In this document: one piece after another, positions 48,862-57,893 of the stretch
Layout of the letters: every line of letters starts with the position of its first letter
How positions within the stretch are numbered: the first letter of the stretch is position 1
Origin: a virus
DNA: 64,000 nucleotides
Virus record (IMG/VR): IMGVR_UViG_3300034072_001149
Location: 1 to 64,000 of that record
Direction: 5' to 3' (one strand)
Notes under the pieces: generated by a model
Told to the model about the DNA's origin: nothing
What the model saw: only the letters and a program-made list of their open reading frames with translations
The model's database searches: none
Made by a program: the position numbers and the translations under genes

Positions 48862-48920
48862 TTTTTAGGCGTTTAAGTGTTTAGGTGATCGCCTGGTGGC
48901 TCAAATCGTTCTTAGTGTAT

Positions 48921-48970
48921 GGGCCCCGGTTGGAACTTCCAGTTCCTCCGGGGCTCTTTGTTTTTGTTTT
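48921..48970 (+). terminator. Terminator of a short plus-strand transcript
   Basis: gggccccgg...ccggggctc followed by tttgtttttgtttt. Confidence 0.65.
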
Positions 48971-49103
48971 GTGTCTAGGGGCTATAAAGTAGAATCTGTA
49001 ACAATCCTCTTGTGGGATATTTAGTACACAGATTAGACCAATTTAGTGGTCTCGATTCAGCTACATCTGATTATCGATCTGGGTGACAACCAAAATCACC
49101 CTT

Positions 49104-49913
49104 TTAGAAGTTTTCTTCTTTCATCGAAACAAGAATACACCCACTTCTGGGGCTCTTTACTCTTTGATCCTTTATCCAGTATGGTACCTTACTGTGCTTG
49201 ATGTCAACAAACCAGGTTTCTTTTTCTGTATTCTCCGTGCCAAAAACATAACGTAGAAAGATCAGATTCCAGCGATGATCTGATTCCAAATCATAACCCT
49301 TGATTACAATTGGATTCTTGGAGTATGAGGTATAAAGGTAAGTTAGATCGGATTCTTTTACATACTCCACCTTTGTCAAAGTCTTCCTAGGAATTTGAAG
49401 ACATTGTCTGTTGGTATCGTATTTGCTTAATAGTTTGATCGGTCCAGAGTAGACATCTTTCCTCAACGCTTTGGCTGCTTGAAGCTTATAAAAATCCAAA
49501 AGGACTCGGGCCATGCTCTTTTTTACCTGGGGGTCAATCCTAGCTGGTTTGGCTGGTAGATCCAACAGATACAAAAGCTTTTCACTTAGAAAGCGATTGC
49601 CCTGAGAATTTTTACCAAGGATCATCCTACGATGTGGTTGAAGATGATTTGGCAATACCGGTTCAGAGGAATCGTTAAAGTATGGCTTTAGTGACATCCC
49701 AGACTCTGCTAGCGTTTCCCAAAGACTAACCCAATCTTTATGAAGAGAAACCAAAAGTTCAGGACAAGACCGGACCCTAGAATTCAATCCTTCTACCAGA
49801 GAATTATAATAGCCTATCTCTTGCTTTATAAACCCTTTGTAAAGAGCAGCATCGGTAGAAGCTAGATCAATCATAATACTCAAATCACGAAATTTAGCTT
49901 TCACAATCAACAC
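49104..49913 (-). CDS. Protein resembling the WED/REC half of TnpB/Cas12f, lacking RuvC
   Basis: R-DLSIMI-(22 aa)-YYN, IDPQVKKSMARVLLDFYK, PIKLLSK..RQCLQIP and TWFVDI occur in TnpB-like order. No GIDLG follows. Confidence 0.45.
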   Translation of the reverse strand: MLIVKAKFRDLSIMIDLASTDAALYKGFIKQEIGYYNSLVEGLNSRVRSCPELLVSLHKDWVSLWETLAESGMSLKPYFNDSSEPVLPNHLQPHRRMILGKNSQGNRFLSEKLLYLLDLPAKPARIDPQVKKSMARVLLDFYKLQAAKALRKDVYSGPIKLLSKYDTNRQCLQIPRKTLTKVEYVKESDLTYLYTSYSKNPIVIKGYDLESDHRWNLIFLRYVFGTENTEKETWFVDIKHSKVPYWIKDQRVKSPRSGCILVSMKEENF

Positions 49914-49996
49914 CTTTCTTAGATCACATCATGCGATAGGAATGCCTCCTTTGTCTATATTCTGGTGGGAATAAATACCCATATAATTGGAAAAGG

Positions 49997-50542
49997 ATGT
50001 TTATGACTAGCCGACAAAAATCCAAAGGTAATGCCTGGGAAAACGAGATCTGTAAGTTTTTTGGAGAGACTCTAGGAGGCAACTTCCAGCGAGTCCCCAA
50101 TTCAGGCGCATATATCGGCGGGAAGAACGTCTTCAGAAAGGACCATCTATCTGAAGGGCAGGCTCGAGCAGCCAAGGGAGATATCATTCCTCCTGATGAT
50201 CTACCAAAGTTGAATATTGAAGCCAAGAACTATGGCGACATTGCCTTTCATCAGATCATTGATGGGAGTTGTAAGCAACTTGATACTTGGATTGATCAGA
50301 CAGAGGAACCAGCCGACCAAGGCGACTTTTCAATGACCATCTTCAAAATTACTCGCAGGGGAAGTTGGGTTGCGTTCAAGGCTGAAAATCTAGAGAAGTT
50401 TGATATGACTGGACTCTCATATGTTACCTATCGAAAAGGGTTCGGTTCTGAAAATGCTTGCGACTATATTGTAGTCAGTCATGTGCCGTTTTTCATCCAA
50501 AACAAATCGGCAGTAAGGAAACTAGGTGGCGCTGAAAATTGA
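49997..50542 (+). CDS. Holliday junction resolvase (Hjc-like PD-(D/E)xK)
   Basis: SKGNAWE, RVPNSGA, GDII and IEAK motifs. Confidence 0.85.
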   Translation: MFMTSRQKSKGNAWENEICKFFGETLGGNFQRVPNSGAYIGGKNVFRKDHLSEGQARAAKGDIIPPDDLPKLNIEAKNYGDIAFHQIIDGSCKQLDTWIDQTEEPADQGDFSMTIFKITRRGSWVAFKAENLEKFDMTGLSYVTYRKGFGSENACDYIVVSHVPFFIQNKSAVRKLGGAEN

Positions 50543-50567
50543 CCTTTTGGTGTCATCTATAGCATAA

Positions 50568-50599
50568 AGAAAGCCGGAGTTGTTTCCGGCTTTCTTTTT
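50568..50599. terminator. Intrinsic terminator
   Basis: agaaagccgga..tccggctttcttttt. Confidence 0.75.
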
Positions 50600-50608
50600 G
50601 GAGTTCAT

Positions 50609-50959
50609 ATGGGTAAGCTAAGTTTAAGACAGGTTGAACGTAAGAACTACCCGTATGGAAAGTTCAAGTATATTGTCCTTCTCAACCGAGAATCTCGTAG
50701 GATCTGGCGTTGTCCCAGCAACGCGTCTATGGTTGAGCAGATCCGTGGCCTGCTCAAAACTACCATAAATGGATCTTATAAGCTTGTCCATGACTACAAC
50801 TATCGTAGTCGTAGGGTTTATACTCATCTGTATCTAACAGAACCAATGGACCTTGCTATGCTCAAATTGGTTCACGGTGACAAGCTTTTTAAGATTTACA
50901 AGGTAAAGCTAGTTCAGCCTCACGAATCACCTTCAAGTGATGATCAAACTGAATCCTAA
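50609..50959 (+). CDS. Small protein of the expanded family
   Basis: LYLTEPMDLAMLKL. Confidence 0.65.
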   Translation: MGKLSLRQVERKNYPYGKFKYIVLLNRESRRIWRCPSNASMVEQIRGLLKTTINGSYKLVHDYNYRSRRVYTHLYLTEPMDLAMLKLVHGDKLFKIYKVKLVQPHESPSSDDQTES

Positions 50960-51143
50960 CAGCAAAGACATCCTGAAGTTCATTGGTGTAAAATGAATCA
51001 CCTATGATTTCATGATCGCCAACAAATCTACCGGCAAACCAGTCATCGACTTGCTTGGCTTTATCTTTATGGACGAATTGCGCTTGGTAACGCCACTTGT
51101 TGAAAAACTTATTCTTCGTCGTTTGAAATCTCATCAGGATCAT
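50889..51143 (-). CDS. Small protein of the expanded family
   Basis: FYTNELQDVFAVRIQF. Confidence 0.6.
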   Translation of the reverse strand: MILMRFQTTKNKFFNKWRYQAQFVHKDKAKQVDDWFAGRFVGDHEIIGDSFYTNELQDVFAVRIQFDHHLKVIREAELALPCKS

Positions 51144-51462
51144 CCGTATGCTGCTCTACCCGGTCGAACAGCGTCTTAAAAGCTTCATGATCCTGTAGTT
51201 TCCACATCAGCAGAATTCCAGAATTCTGCAGATAGAGTTCAACTTCATTGGTGGAAGGATGGTTCTGGAGTTTCCAGTCAACACCATCTTCCCCAACTTC
51301 CCGCCGGAGTCGCTTTTCAAGTCGGCTCTTTTGGGAAATGGCAGTGATCACATCATTCGTTTTGGCGAGAACAGCCCGGATTTTGAAACCAGTGAAAATC
51401 GTTGAAGGATCCCAATCCGCGTCGTAGCGATTGACCTTGCGAATTTCAAGTTTGCTGCTCAT
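51109..51462 (-). CDS. Small protein of the expanded family
   Basis: LYLQNSGILLMWKL; GGAG RBS. Confidence 0.65.
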   Translation of the reverse strand: MSSKLEIRKVNRYDADWDPSTIFTGFKIRAVLAKTNDVITAISQKSRLEKRLRREVGEDGVDWKLQNHPSTNEVELYLQNSGILLMWKLQDHEAFKTLFDRVEQHTDDPDEISNDEE

Positions 51463-51522
51463 CGTTCACTCCATATTTAACCTTGTAGGCTTTCTAGCAC
51501 AGGAAGGCTAGACGTCAACCAA

Positions 51523-51831
51523 TTAGGCCCAAGATAGTTTGAATAGAATCGCATGGTCTGGATTCTTGAAGAATATCCGCATTTGTGTTTGACGGTTTGA
51601 ATGGGATGAAGAGACGCAAGGATCTATTGGTCCATAGGGACACCATGCCCAATTATTTCTGTCATGGGTCAAGGCGGTATGGACTTCATCTTCAGTCCAC
51701 CATAACATCCAATCACCTTTTCCAGCGATTCGTTCTAGAGTTTCAACTAACTTCTCACTGGCGTGCGCCCGAGACCGTACATTACCGTTTTTGGAAAGAC
51801 AGTCCAATGGTATGATAACGCTTGCGGTCAT
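51523..51831 (-). CDS. Small protein of the expanded family
   Basis: IFFKNPDHAILFKLSW. Confidence 0.7.
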   Translation of the reverse strand: MTASVIIPLDCLSKNGNVRSRAHASEKLVETLERIAGKGDWMLWWTEDEVHTALTHDRNNWAWCPYGPIDPCVSSSHSNRQTQMRIFFKNPDHAILFKLSWA

Positions 51832-52055
51832 AGCCAGGTCAGCTTGAATTTTAGGGCATCCGTTAGGTTGAAAAAGTAAATGGCTACTTCTCGCTCTTCA
51901 CGAAAATGATCCCAATACCAGTCTTCACCTTTGACATTCTGGTATAACCATGACAGGCAATCTGAAGATAGGAATACGTCACCCCAGATATCTGCTCTGA
52001 CTATTCCCTTTTTACGCCATTCTTCAATAGTGGCATCAAAGCTGATGGGGATCAT
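51828..52055 (-). CDS. Small protein of the expanded family
   Basis: [16 protein letters not shown]. Confidence 0.7.
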   Translation of the reverse strand: MIPISFDATIEEWRKKGIVRADIWGDVFLSSDCLSWLYQNVKGEDWYWDHFREEREVAIYFFNLTDALKFKLTWL

Positions 52056-52914
52056 TTATGAACATTCCACATGAGGCGGCAACATCAAAACCAACCCTTG
52101 GAACGATTCGACTGTTTTCGTTTCCAAAAGCCTCAGACAAGATATCAAAGTTTCTTTGTATGATATCTTCACTGGGTTCTTGTCCCTGTGCTGGGCTATA
52201 AGGGTTGTAACGAACCAGATTGAACTTTACATCAAGGCTACGAACCAAGATAGCCATAATGATTTCTTCCAAAACTTCAAGGCTATCGTTTTCATTTTCG
52301 ATAAAAGACCAATGGAGAGTTACCAGTTGCCCAGTGCGCTGCTGCCATTCCACTAGCTTCCAAAGAGCATCATGAGGATTCATGGATTTGGGAAGCCATC
52401 GTTTGCGAAAGTCATCTCGCATGGAATAAAGGGAATAATAGATTTGTGCTCCAGTGTCACCAAAGATGTCATAGAGGCTGCGATCTGAAACTTCTAAAGG
52501 CATGATTGTGCTAATGTTATACTTGGCAATCAGAGCATGTTGTTCTGCTAGGCTCTGTAAGGGCCTAGAGACGTCATCCCATTTTGTTAGCACTGTGGGA
52601 TTAGACAACGGCTCTCCACGCGCCATGAAGTTAAAATTGACCCTCTGGGCATCGTCAAATTGACGATAGTGGCGAAACACCTGCAAGGCTTGGTTTTCAT
52701 AGTCCCAAGCACTTGCAGGTGTCATCATGGTTTGACGTGTCTGCGTCAAATGGCAAAACCTACATGCTTTGTTACAACCAGTATGGCTGCTCAAATAGGT
52801 AATGAAATAATCCTCTTGGCGCCGAACATACCTTGCTTCAAATGCTCCTTTGTCATCCTGTGGTATAACAAAGTTTACACTGGCATCTTCGGCGCTGTAG
52901 AGGATTCTAGTCAT
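52036..52914 (-). CDS. RlmN/Cfr-like radical SAM RNA methyltransferase
   Basis: [13 protein letters not shown] (CxxxCxxC), [15 protein letters not shown] and DVAASCG motifs. Confidence 0.85.
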   Translation of the reverse strand: MTRILYSAEDASVNFVIPQDDKGAFEARYVRRQEDYFITYLSSHTGCNKACRFCHLTQTRQTMMTPASAWDYENQALQVFRHYRQFDDAQRVNFNFMARGEPLSNPTVLTKWDDVSRPLQSLAEQHALIAKYNISTIMPLEVSDRSLYDIFGDTGAQIYYSLYSMRDDFRKRWLPKSMNPHDALWKLVEWQQRTGQLVTLHWSFIENENDSLEVLEEIIMAILVRSLDVKFNLVRYNPYSPAQGQEPSEDIIQRNFDILSEAFGNENSRIVPRVGFDVAASCGMFINDPHQL

Positions 52915-54691
52915 TTGCTTCAGTATCCGTTACAAAGGTGGTGAAGTTGTTTTCCTTCTGAACCAGCAATATCCGTGGCACACGACTGACCAAACTGTCA
53001 TTATGTGAAATTAGGAAAATGTTCTTGCCGCGGTCACGAGTCATTTTCTTGAGAATCTCAAGGGCCAAATCCATACCTGCTGGGTCCATGCCAGAATCCA
53101 CCAATTCGTCAATCATCAGTAGGTTCAAGGGCTTGTTCATAGTTTCCCAAACATCACGGAACGACCACGCCAAAGACAGAACCAGGCGGTTAGCTTCACC
53201 ATTTGAAAGCTGGGCAAAATCATATTCTTTACCAAGCAGCATGATTTCAACTGACAGATCACTCTGGAAGCTGACCTCATGTGGAAGCTGAACTTTGTCC
53301 AAATAGCTATTGAGGCGAACGTTCAAATAACTAAGATTCTGGTCAATGATCTTCTTGCGAATAAAGGAGTTCTTATCGGTCAGAAGCTTGACCAGAAAGT
53401 TCTGGTGTTCTTGTAAGCGAGTCAACTCATTGAGGTATTCATATGAAATATCCTGTAGACCAGACGTGCTCAAGGTGGCAATTTGATCCAGGTAGGGTGA
53501 TTCAACCGCTGCCTCTCTGGTGATATCGCTGATCAGCTTATCCAGAGTATGACGATGATTGAGAGCCTGCTCCATGTTGTCGTAGTTGACAACAGGTGCT
53601 TCCCCCAATTGACTCAATTCACCTATAGCTTTTTCAAGGTCAGACGCCGCGGCATAGAGTTCAGCTTCGGCGGCTTCTCGCTCAGCGACCAACTTTGCCT
53701 TGCGCTCCTGTAGATCAGCTAGGATCTCAGCATGTTTTTCACTGTGAACTTCCTGACCACAAGTGTGACATAGGTTTTCGTTAGCCATTTCAAGCTGGCT
53801 ATCAATTCGGGAAATACTCGACTCAACTGCGATATAGGACTTTTCTATCCTAGAAGCATCACGTTCAAAACGTGCGACTTCCTGGCTGAGTCGATTAAAC
53901 TCAACCAAAGTCCTCTGATTATTGATTTCGGTCTCAATATCAATTTCATTGAGGTTATCAATAGCCTTTTCCAACTTGAGCAGCTTGGCGGTATGCTCTT
54001 TGTCCCACATCTTGCTCTTGAAGTTGAGTTCATTGATAGTCTTTTGGATCTTTTCGTTAGAGTCCTTGACCGTCTTTATGCGAATTTCCTCGCTTTTGAT
54101 TTCATCTTTGATTTGCTTGACTAGTTCTTTTAGCTGATCGGCTTTGCTTGACAACTGAGTGATTCCAAGCAGTTCTTCAATGACATCTCTTTGGTCTTTG
54201 GCTGACATATCCAAGAATGGAACGGTCTTGCTGTGGAGGGCAACAATATGCTTGAATAGAAGATGCGAACATCCAATAGTCTTTTCGATTTCTGCCTGTG
54301 TTACCTTGCTTTCACCGTGGGCTTCGTCTGTGCCGTCCGCATTCACCAATCCATCATTGACATAAAAACGGAGGAAGTTTGGCTTGCGACCGCGCTCAAT
54401 TCGATAGTTCTTGTTGCCAATATCAAAATCCAGACTCACACTCATCTGCTTTTGATTGGTTTTGTTGACAAGGTTATCGCGCTTGATGGCTGTGAGCGGC
54501 AGTCCATAGATCGCATAGCAGATCGCTTGGATCAAAGTGGTCTTACCTACACCATTGCGACTGCCCCCTGAACCCAGGTCAACATTCTCACCCAATATCA
54601 AAGTCAGACCATGCTCGTCAAGATTAACTGCCTGAGTGGTGTTACCTACACTAAGAAAATTCTTCATAGTTACGGTTCGAATTTTTATCAT
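52907..54691 (-). CDS. gp46: SbcC/Rad50-like recombination ATPase (T4 gp46)
   Basis: [19 protein letters not shown] hook, LSNGE, IDE and ISH motifs. Confidence 0.95.
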   Translation of the reverse strand: MIKIRTVTMKNFLSVGNTTQAVNLDEHGLTLILGENVDLGSGGSRNGVGKTTLIQAICYAIYGLPLTAIKRDNLVNKTNQKQMSVSLDFDIGNKNYRIERGRKPNFLRFYVNDGLVNADGTDEAHGESKVTQAEIEKTIGCSHLLFKHIVALHSKTVPFLDMSAKDQRDVIEELLGITQLSSKADQLKELVKQIKDEIKSEEIRIKTVKDSNEKIQKTINELNFKSKMWDKEHTAKLLKLEKAIDNLNEIDIETEINNQRTLVEFNRLSQEVARFERDASRIEKSYIAVESSISRIDSQLEMANENLCHTCGQEVHSEKHAEILADLQERKAKLVAEREAAEAELYAAASDLEKAIGELSQLGEAPVVNYDNMEQALNHRHTLDKLISDITREAAVESPYLDQIATLSTSGLQDISYEYLNELTRLQEHQNFLVKLLTDKNSFIRKKIIDQNLSYLNVRLNSYLDKVQLPHEVSFQSDLSVEIMLLGKEYDFAQLSNGEANRLVLSLAWSFRDVWETMNKPLNLLMIDELVDSGMDPAGMDLALEILKKMTRDRGKNIFLISHNDSLVSRVPRILLVQKENNFTTFVTDTEAND

Positions 54692-55032
54692 TCTTTGTTC
54701 TTTCGACCCAAATGGTTGTTTACCTGAGCTAGTAGCGATGTCGCATTGCTAACCTGTCCTTCAAAATTGATACCGGTAGACAGTTTGACTAATACCGAAT
54801 TCAATTCCAAAGCCTTCTCGGTGAATACGATGAAACCGTTCATGAGCACCAAGATACCATACTCTACATTCTGGCCGTTCAGAATGTCAGTTATGGCATT
54901 GGTTGTGTTTTGAAACTCAACCAAGCTCATGATCTGGTTTTTCTTTACAAACTCGTAGACATATTCAAATTGCCTAGGACTTTCAGGCTTTCTAGTAGCA
55001 ATCAGATCAATTTGCCAGGGCTCTAATATCAT
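54688..55032 (-). CDS. Hypothetical protein
   Basis: Coupled ORF between gp47 and gp46. Confidence 0.6.
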   Translation of the reverse strand: MILEPWQIDLIATRKPESPRQFEYVYEFVKKNQIMSLVEFQNTTNAITDILNGQNVEYGILVLMNGFIVFTEKALELNSVLVKLSTGINFEGQVSNATSLLAQVNNHLGRKNKE

Positions 55033-56057
55033 GAAAGCCCTCGATAAATTTCAATCAGAAGATTCTTATCGACCGTCAGGCTATCAATACCTTTGAGGCC
55101 TTCAATCACAATCTGATCAACTGACTGGAAGATCACATCCTCACCAAACGATTGTTCCTCGTTTTCCTTGGTTCCCGGCATGATGTCAATCTTACGCGGG
55201 CTAAATTGAGCCGCGAACGTTTCTTTGATAAACTGAGCTTCATCGTGGTTAACCGGTATGTCACAGGTAATACGAGCATAGGTCTTTTCATCAATGAAAC
55301 TAGTGGGTGATTCAAGAATCTCGGTTAGCTTCAAAGTCCGGTATTTTGGAGCATCAGGCCAAGCAATGAACTCGGGTTCTTGACCCCATTCCAAAAACAT
55401 CATCCCACGTTCGTCATCCCACGCATCAGCGAAGTTATGAGGAAACGGGTTACCCAGATAACAAATTTTGTTCTTGGCCTGGCGCTTGTGGAAATGTCCT
55501 GAAAACGCCCAATACTTGACATCATCAAATGCGCTGGCATTGAGGCCACCATGATCTGGCATCTCGACCATGGCATTCATCATAAAATGGGGAAGTTCAA
55601 AATGACCAAACATATAATCTGACTTCTTTGCCAGTTTGCTGATCTTCTTGCTGTCATCCCCAACCAACCAAGGGCAGAACGTGACGCCACCCACAGTCAA
55701 GAAGTCGTTGATGATGGTGACGTTCTTGAGATTTCTACCAATTGCCACGCTGCTGATTTCACGTTTTTCTTTGTAATAAAGATCGTGATTACCAGGAATG
55801 AAATAAAAGTGATCAAACGCATCAGCTAGCCTTTCCATATTAGAAAGGCTGTAGTTCAGAGTTGAAACATGGATTGCGTGTCGGTTGTCATGCCAATCAC
55901 CAGAGAAGATGATGGTATCTACATCTCTGGCTTTGGCTTGCTCAATAAACCATTTTACGAAATTTTCGCAATCCTGATTGTGCTGTCGGTCATTGTTCTT
56001 TTTTCCAAAATGGATGTCTGTGAACACTGCCGCTCTCTTGAAGAGCTTTTCGCTCAT
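55029..56057 (-). CDS. gp47: SbcD/Mre11-like nuclease (T4 gp47)
   Basis: DIHFG, GDWHD, GNHD, GHFE and SGHFH motifs. Confidence 0.95.
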   Translation of the reverse strand: MSEKLFKRAAVFTDIHFGKKNNDRQHNQDCENFVKWFIEQAKARDVDTIIFSGDWHDNRHAIHVSTLNYSLSNMERLADAFDHFYFIPGNHDLYYKEKREISSVAIGRNLKNVTIINDFLTVGGVTFCPWLVGDDSKKISKLAKKSDYMFGHFELPHFMMNAMVEMPDHGGLNASAFDDVKYWAFSGHFHKRQAKNKICYLGNPFPHNFADAWDDERGMMFLEWGQEPEFIAWPDAPKYRTLKLTEILESPTSFIDEKTYARITCDIPVNHDEAQFIKETFAAQFSPRKIDIMPGTKENEEQSFGEDVIFQSVDQIVIEGLKGIDSLTVDKNLLIEIYRGLS

Positions 56058-56113
56058 GGAAACCTCGCTATCTTATTTGCTCCAGTTGTAAGGCCCTTGA
56101 CCCCTAAAAGTCA

Positions 56114-57082
56114 TTATTGGTCTGGTAACTGGTTCTTAGCTAGATAGGCAGCAACACGAGCTTTGCGGGCTTCTTCCTCTTCTGGAGTTAGCTCTACCTT
56201 CTCAATTTTCACATTACTGGGCGAAGTCTTGCGGACCAGCTTCTTGGCCTCTGGTGCTTCACCATTGGCAATGGCTCTCTGACTCAGAGAATTATCAACC
56301 TGTCGTGTCATTGAAGGAGTTACACCGTGCATGACCAGCATGTCATCCCTGATGTTTTGGTTGCGCTTCTCCAAATTCAGAACGCGAGTAAATGCGTTGC
56401 TGACGGTAACGGTGTAGTAGGCAAATGGATTATCTGAACGCGCTTCATTGAACTGAAGACCAACTAGGCTCAACTGTAGAAGGGCTTGGCTGCGCATTTC
56501 ATCAACATATGTGTAGCCTCTCCAGTTGCCACGCTGTGAATATCGTTCAACCAGTTTCATAAACATATTGGCAAGGCGATTGGTAATTTTGCCATGCGTC
56601 TGTGAAAACTCTCCGTTTTCAAGAGCATCTTTCCAATGGGACCTGCCTACTTCCTTGGCGCCTTCATCCTCGGTAATGATGTAATGTTTGAATGGTGGAA
56701 AGTTCAAACGAACATGGTTATCGGCAACACTCTTGGGATTCTTTACCCTACCATCTTCCAGAGGAATATGCTCGTGAGTCATGACACGCCATACGATGCT
56801 ATCCACTGGAATTGACAAAGGATCGATTTCTTCGATTTTGATCTGATGATTCTTAAGACCCTTTTCCTTTTGGATCAGCTTTTCAGCCTGCATCATCTTC
56901 TTTGCTTTGTTTTCACGAACAGATTGGATCAAAGCAGGATTGATTTCATCAAGTGATCCAACAATACAGTCATATGTTGAATACTTGGGATCTACATAAT
57001 AGGAAAAGGTATTCTTGGACTTGTGAATCTCACTCAGGAGTTCTTTGTTGGTTAGATAATTGACCTTAGGTGTAATAGCCAT
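56114..57082 (-). CDS. gp55: Late-transcription sigma factor (T4 gp55-like)
   Basis: NYLTNKELL, NWRGYTYVDEM and SDNPFAYYT motifs. Confidence 0.9.
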   Translation of the reverse strand: MAITPKVNYLTNKELLSEIHKSKNTFSYYVDPKYSTYDCIVGSLDEINPALIQSVRENKAKKMMQAEKLIQKEKGLKNHQIKIEEIDPLSIPVDSIVWRVMTHEHIPLEDGRVKNPKSVADNHVRLNFPPFKHYIITEDEGAKEVGRSHWKDALENGEFSQTHGKITNRLANMFMKLVERYSQRGNWRGYTYVDEMRSQALLQLSLVGLQFNEARSDNPFAYYTVTVSNAFTRVLNLEKRNQNIRDDMLVMHGVTPSMTRQVDNSLSQRAIANGEAPEAKKLVRKTSPSNVKIEKVELTPEEEEARKARVAAYLAKNQLPDQ

Positions 57083-57320
57083 GTGTGGCGCCGCTCCTTA
57101 TGTTTTTGTTATTAGCGGTTGATGTAAAAAGCAGTCTCTGGGTCTTAGCCAGCGCATCGCTTCGTATTCTTTTTATAGACTAAAACGCACCAGAAATCTA
57201 TAACTTCGTTATCATCCATAGCCTTGACTGATTGAAAAATATAAGAATAATGACAGCAAATCTCTTTTGCTTTAGACAAAAGACTGGTTTATTAAAACTG
57301 AGGTTTATAGGTCGGTAAAT

Positions 57321-57893
57321 ATGAATAGAGGCAGTAACAAAGTGGTCTTTGGGGTTGGGCGTTTGAATCCTCCCACCCGAGGTCATAGTGTTCTGGTTCA
57401 ACAGGTAAAGGAAACGGCTGAACGTCTTGGCGCCCGCGCAATGCTCTATATTGTGGACGGTGAAAAATCGGGACAAGACAAAAGCAAAAATCCTCTAACT
57501 GGTGAACAGCGAGTTGAGATTGCCCGCCGGCTCTTTCCAGGAGTCACTATTGATGTCGTGGGCTCTGCCTATGAAGTCCTGGAAGTGTTAGAACTACAAT
57601 ACCTCGAACCGAGGGTGTGGGTTGCGGGATCTGACCGTGCTGCCAAATACCGCAAGCTTCTATCCAGTGAACTACTGGATTGTGAAGTTCTTGAGGTGGA
57701 CCGTAGCGCAGGTGAGGCCGATGGTGTAAGTGCCACTGCCGCACGCAAAGCAGCCATTGAAGGCAACATGGAAGAGTTTGCTCACCATATGCCTTCAAAC
57801 CTCGACTCAAAGGAACTTGCGGAAATAGCAGATATGATTCGCGAGGTATCCCAGTGTCAGAACCCAACAAGAGTAACACATCAACAGGACTAG
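57321..57893 (+). CDS. Nucleotidyltransferase (cytidylyltransferase-like)
   Basis: GRLNPPTRGH, KNPL, AGSDR and SATAAR motifs. Confidence 0.85.
   Translation: MNRGSNKVVFGVGRLNPPTRGHSVLVQQVKETAERLGARAMLYIVDGEKSGQDKSKNPLTGEQRVEIARRLFPGVTIDVVGSAYEVLEVLELQYLEPRVWVAGSDRAAKYRKLLSSELLDCEVLEVDRSAGEADGVSATAARKAAIEGNMEEFAHHMPSNLDSKELAEIADMIREVSQCQNPTRVTHQQD

Noticed and set aside
49104-49913. Active IS200/IS605 element
   Set aside because: No RuvC motifs, zinc finger or tnpA are present.
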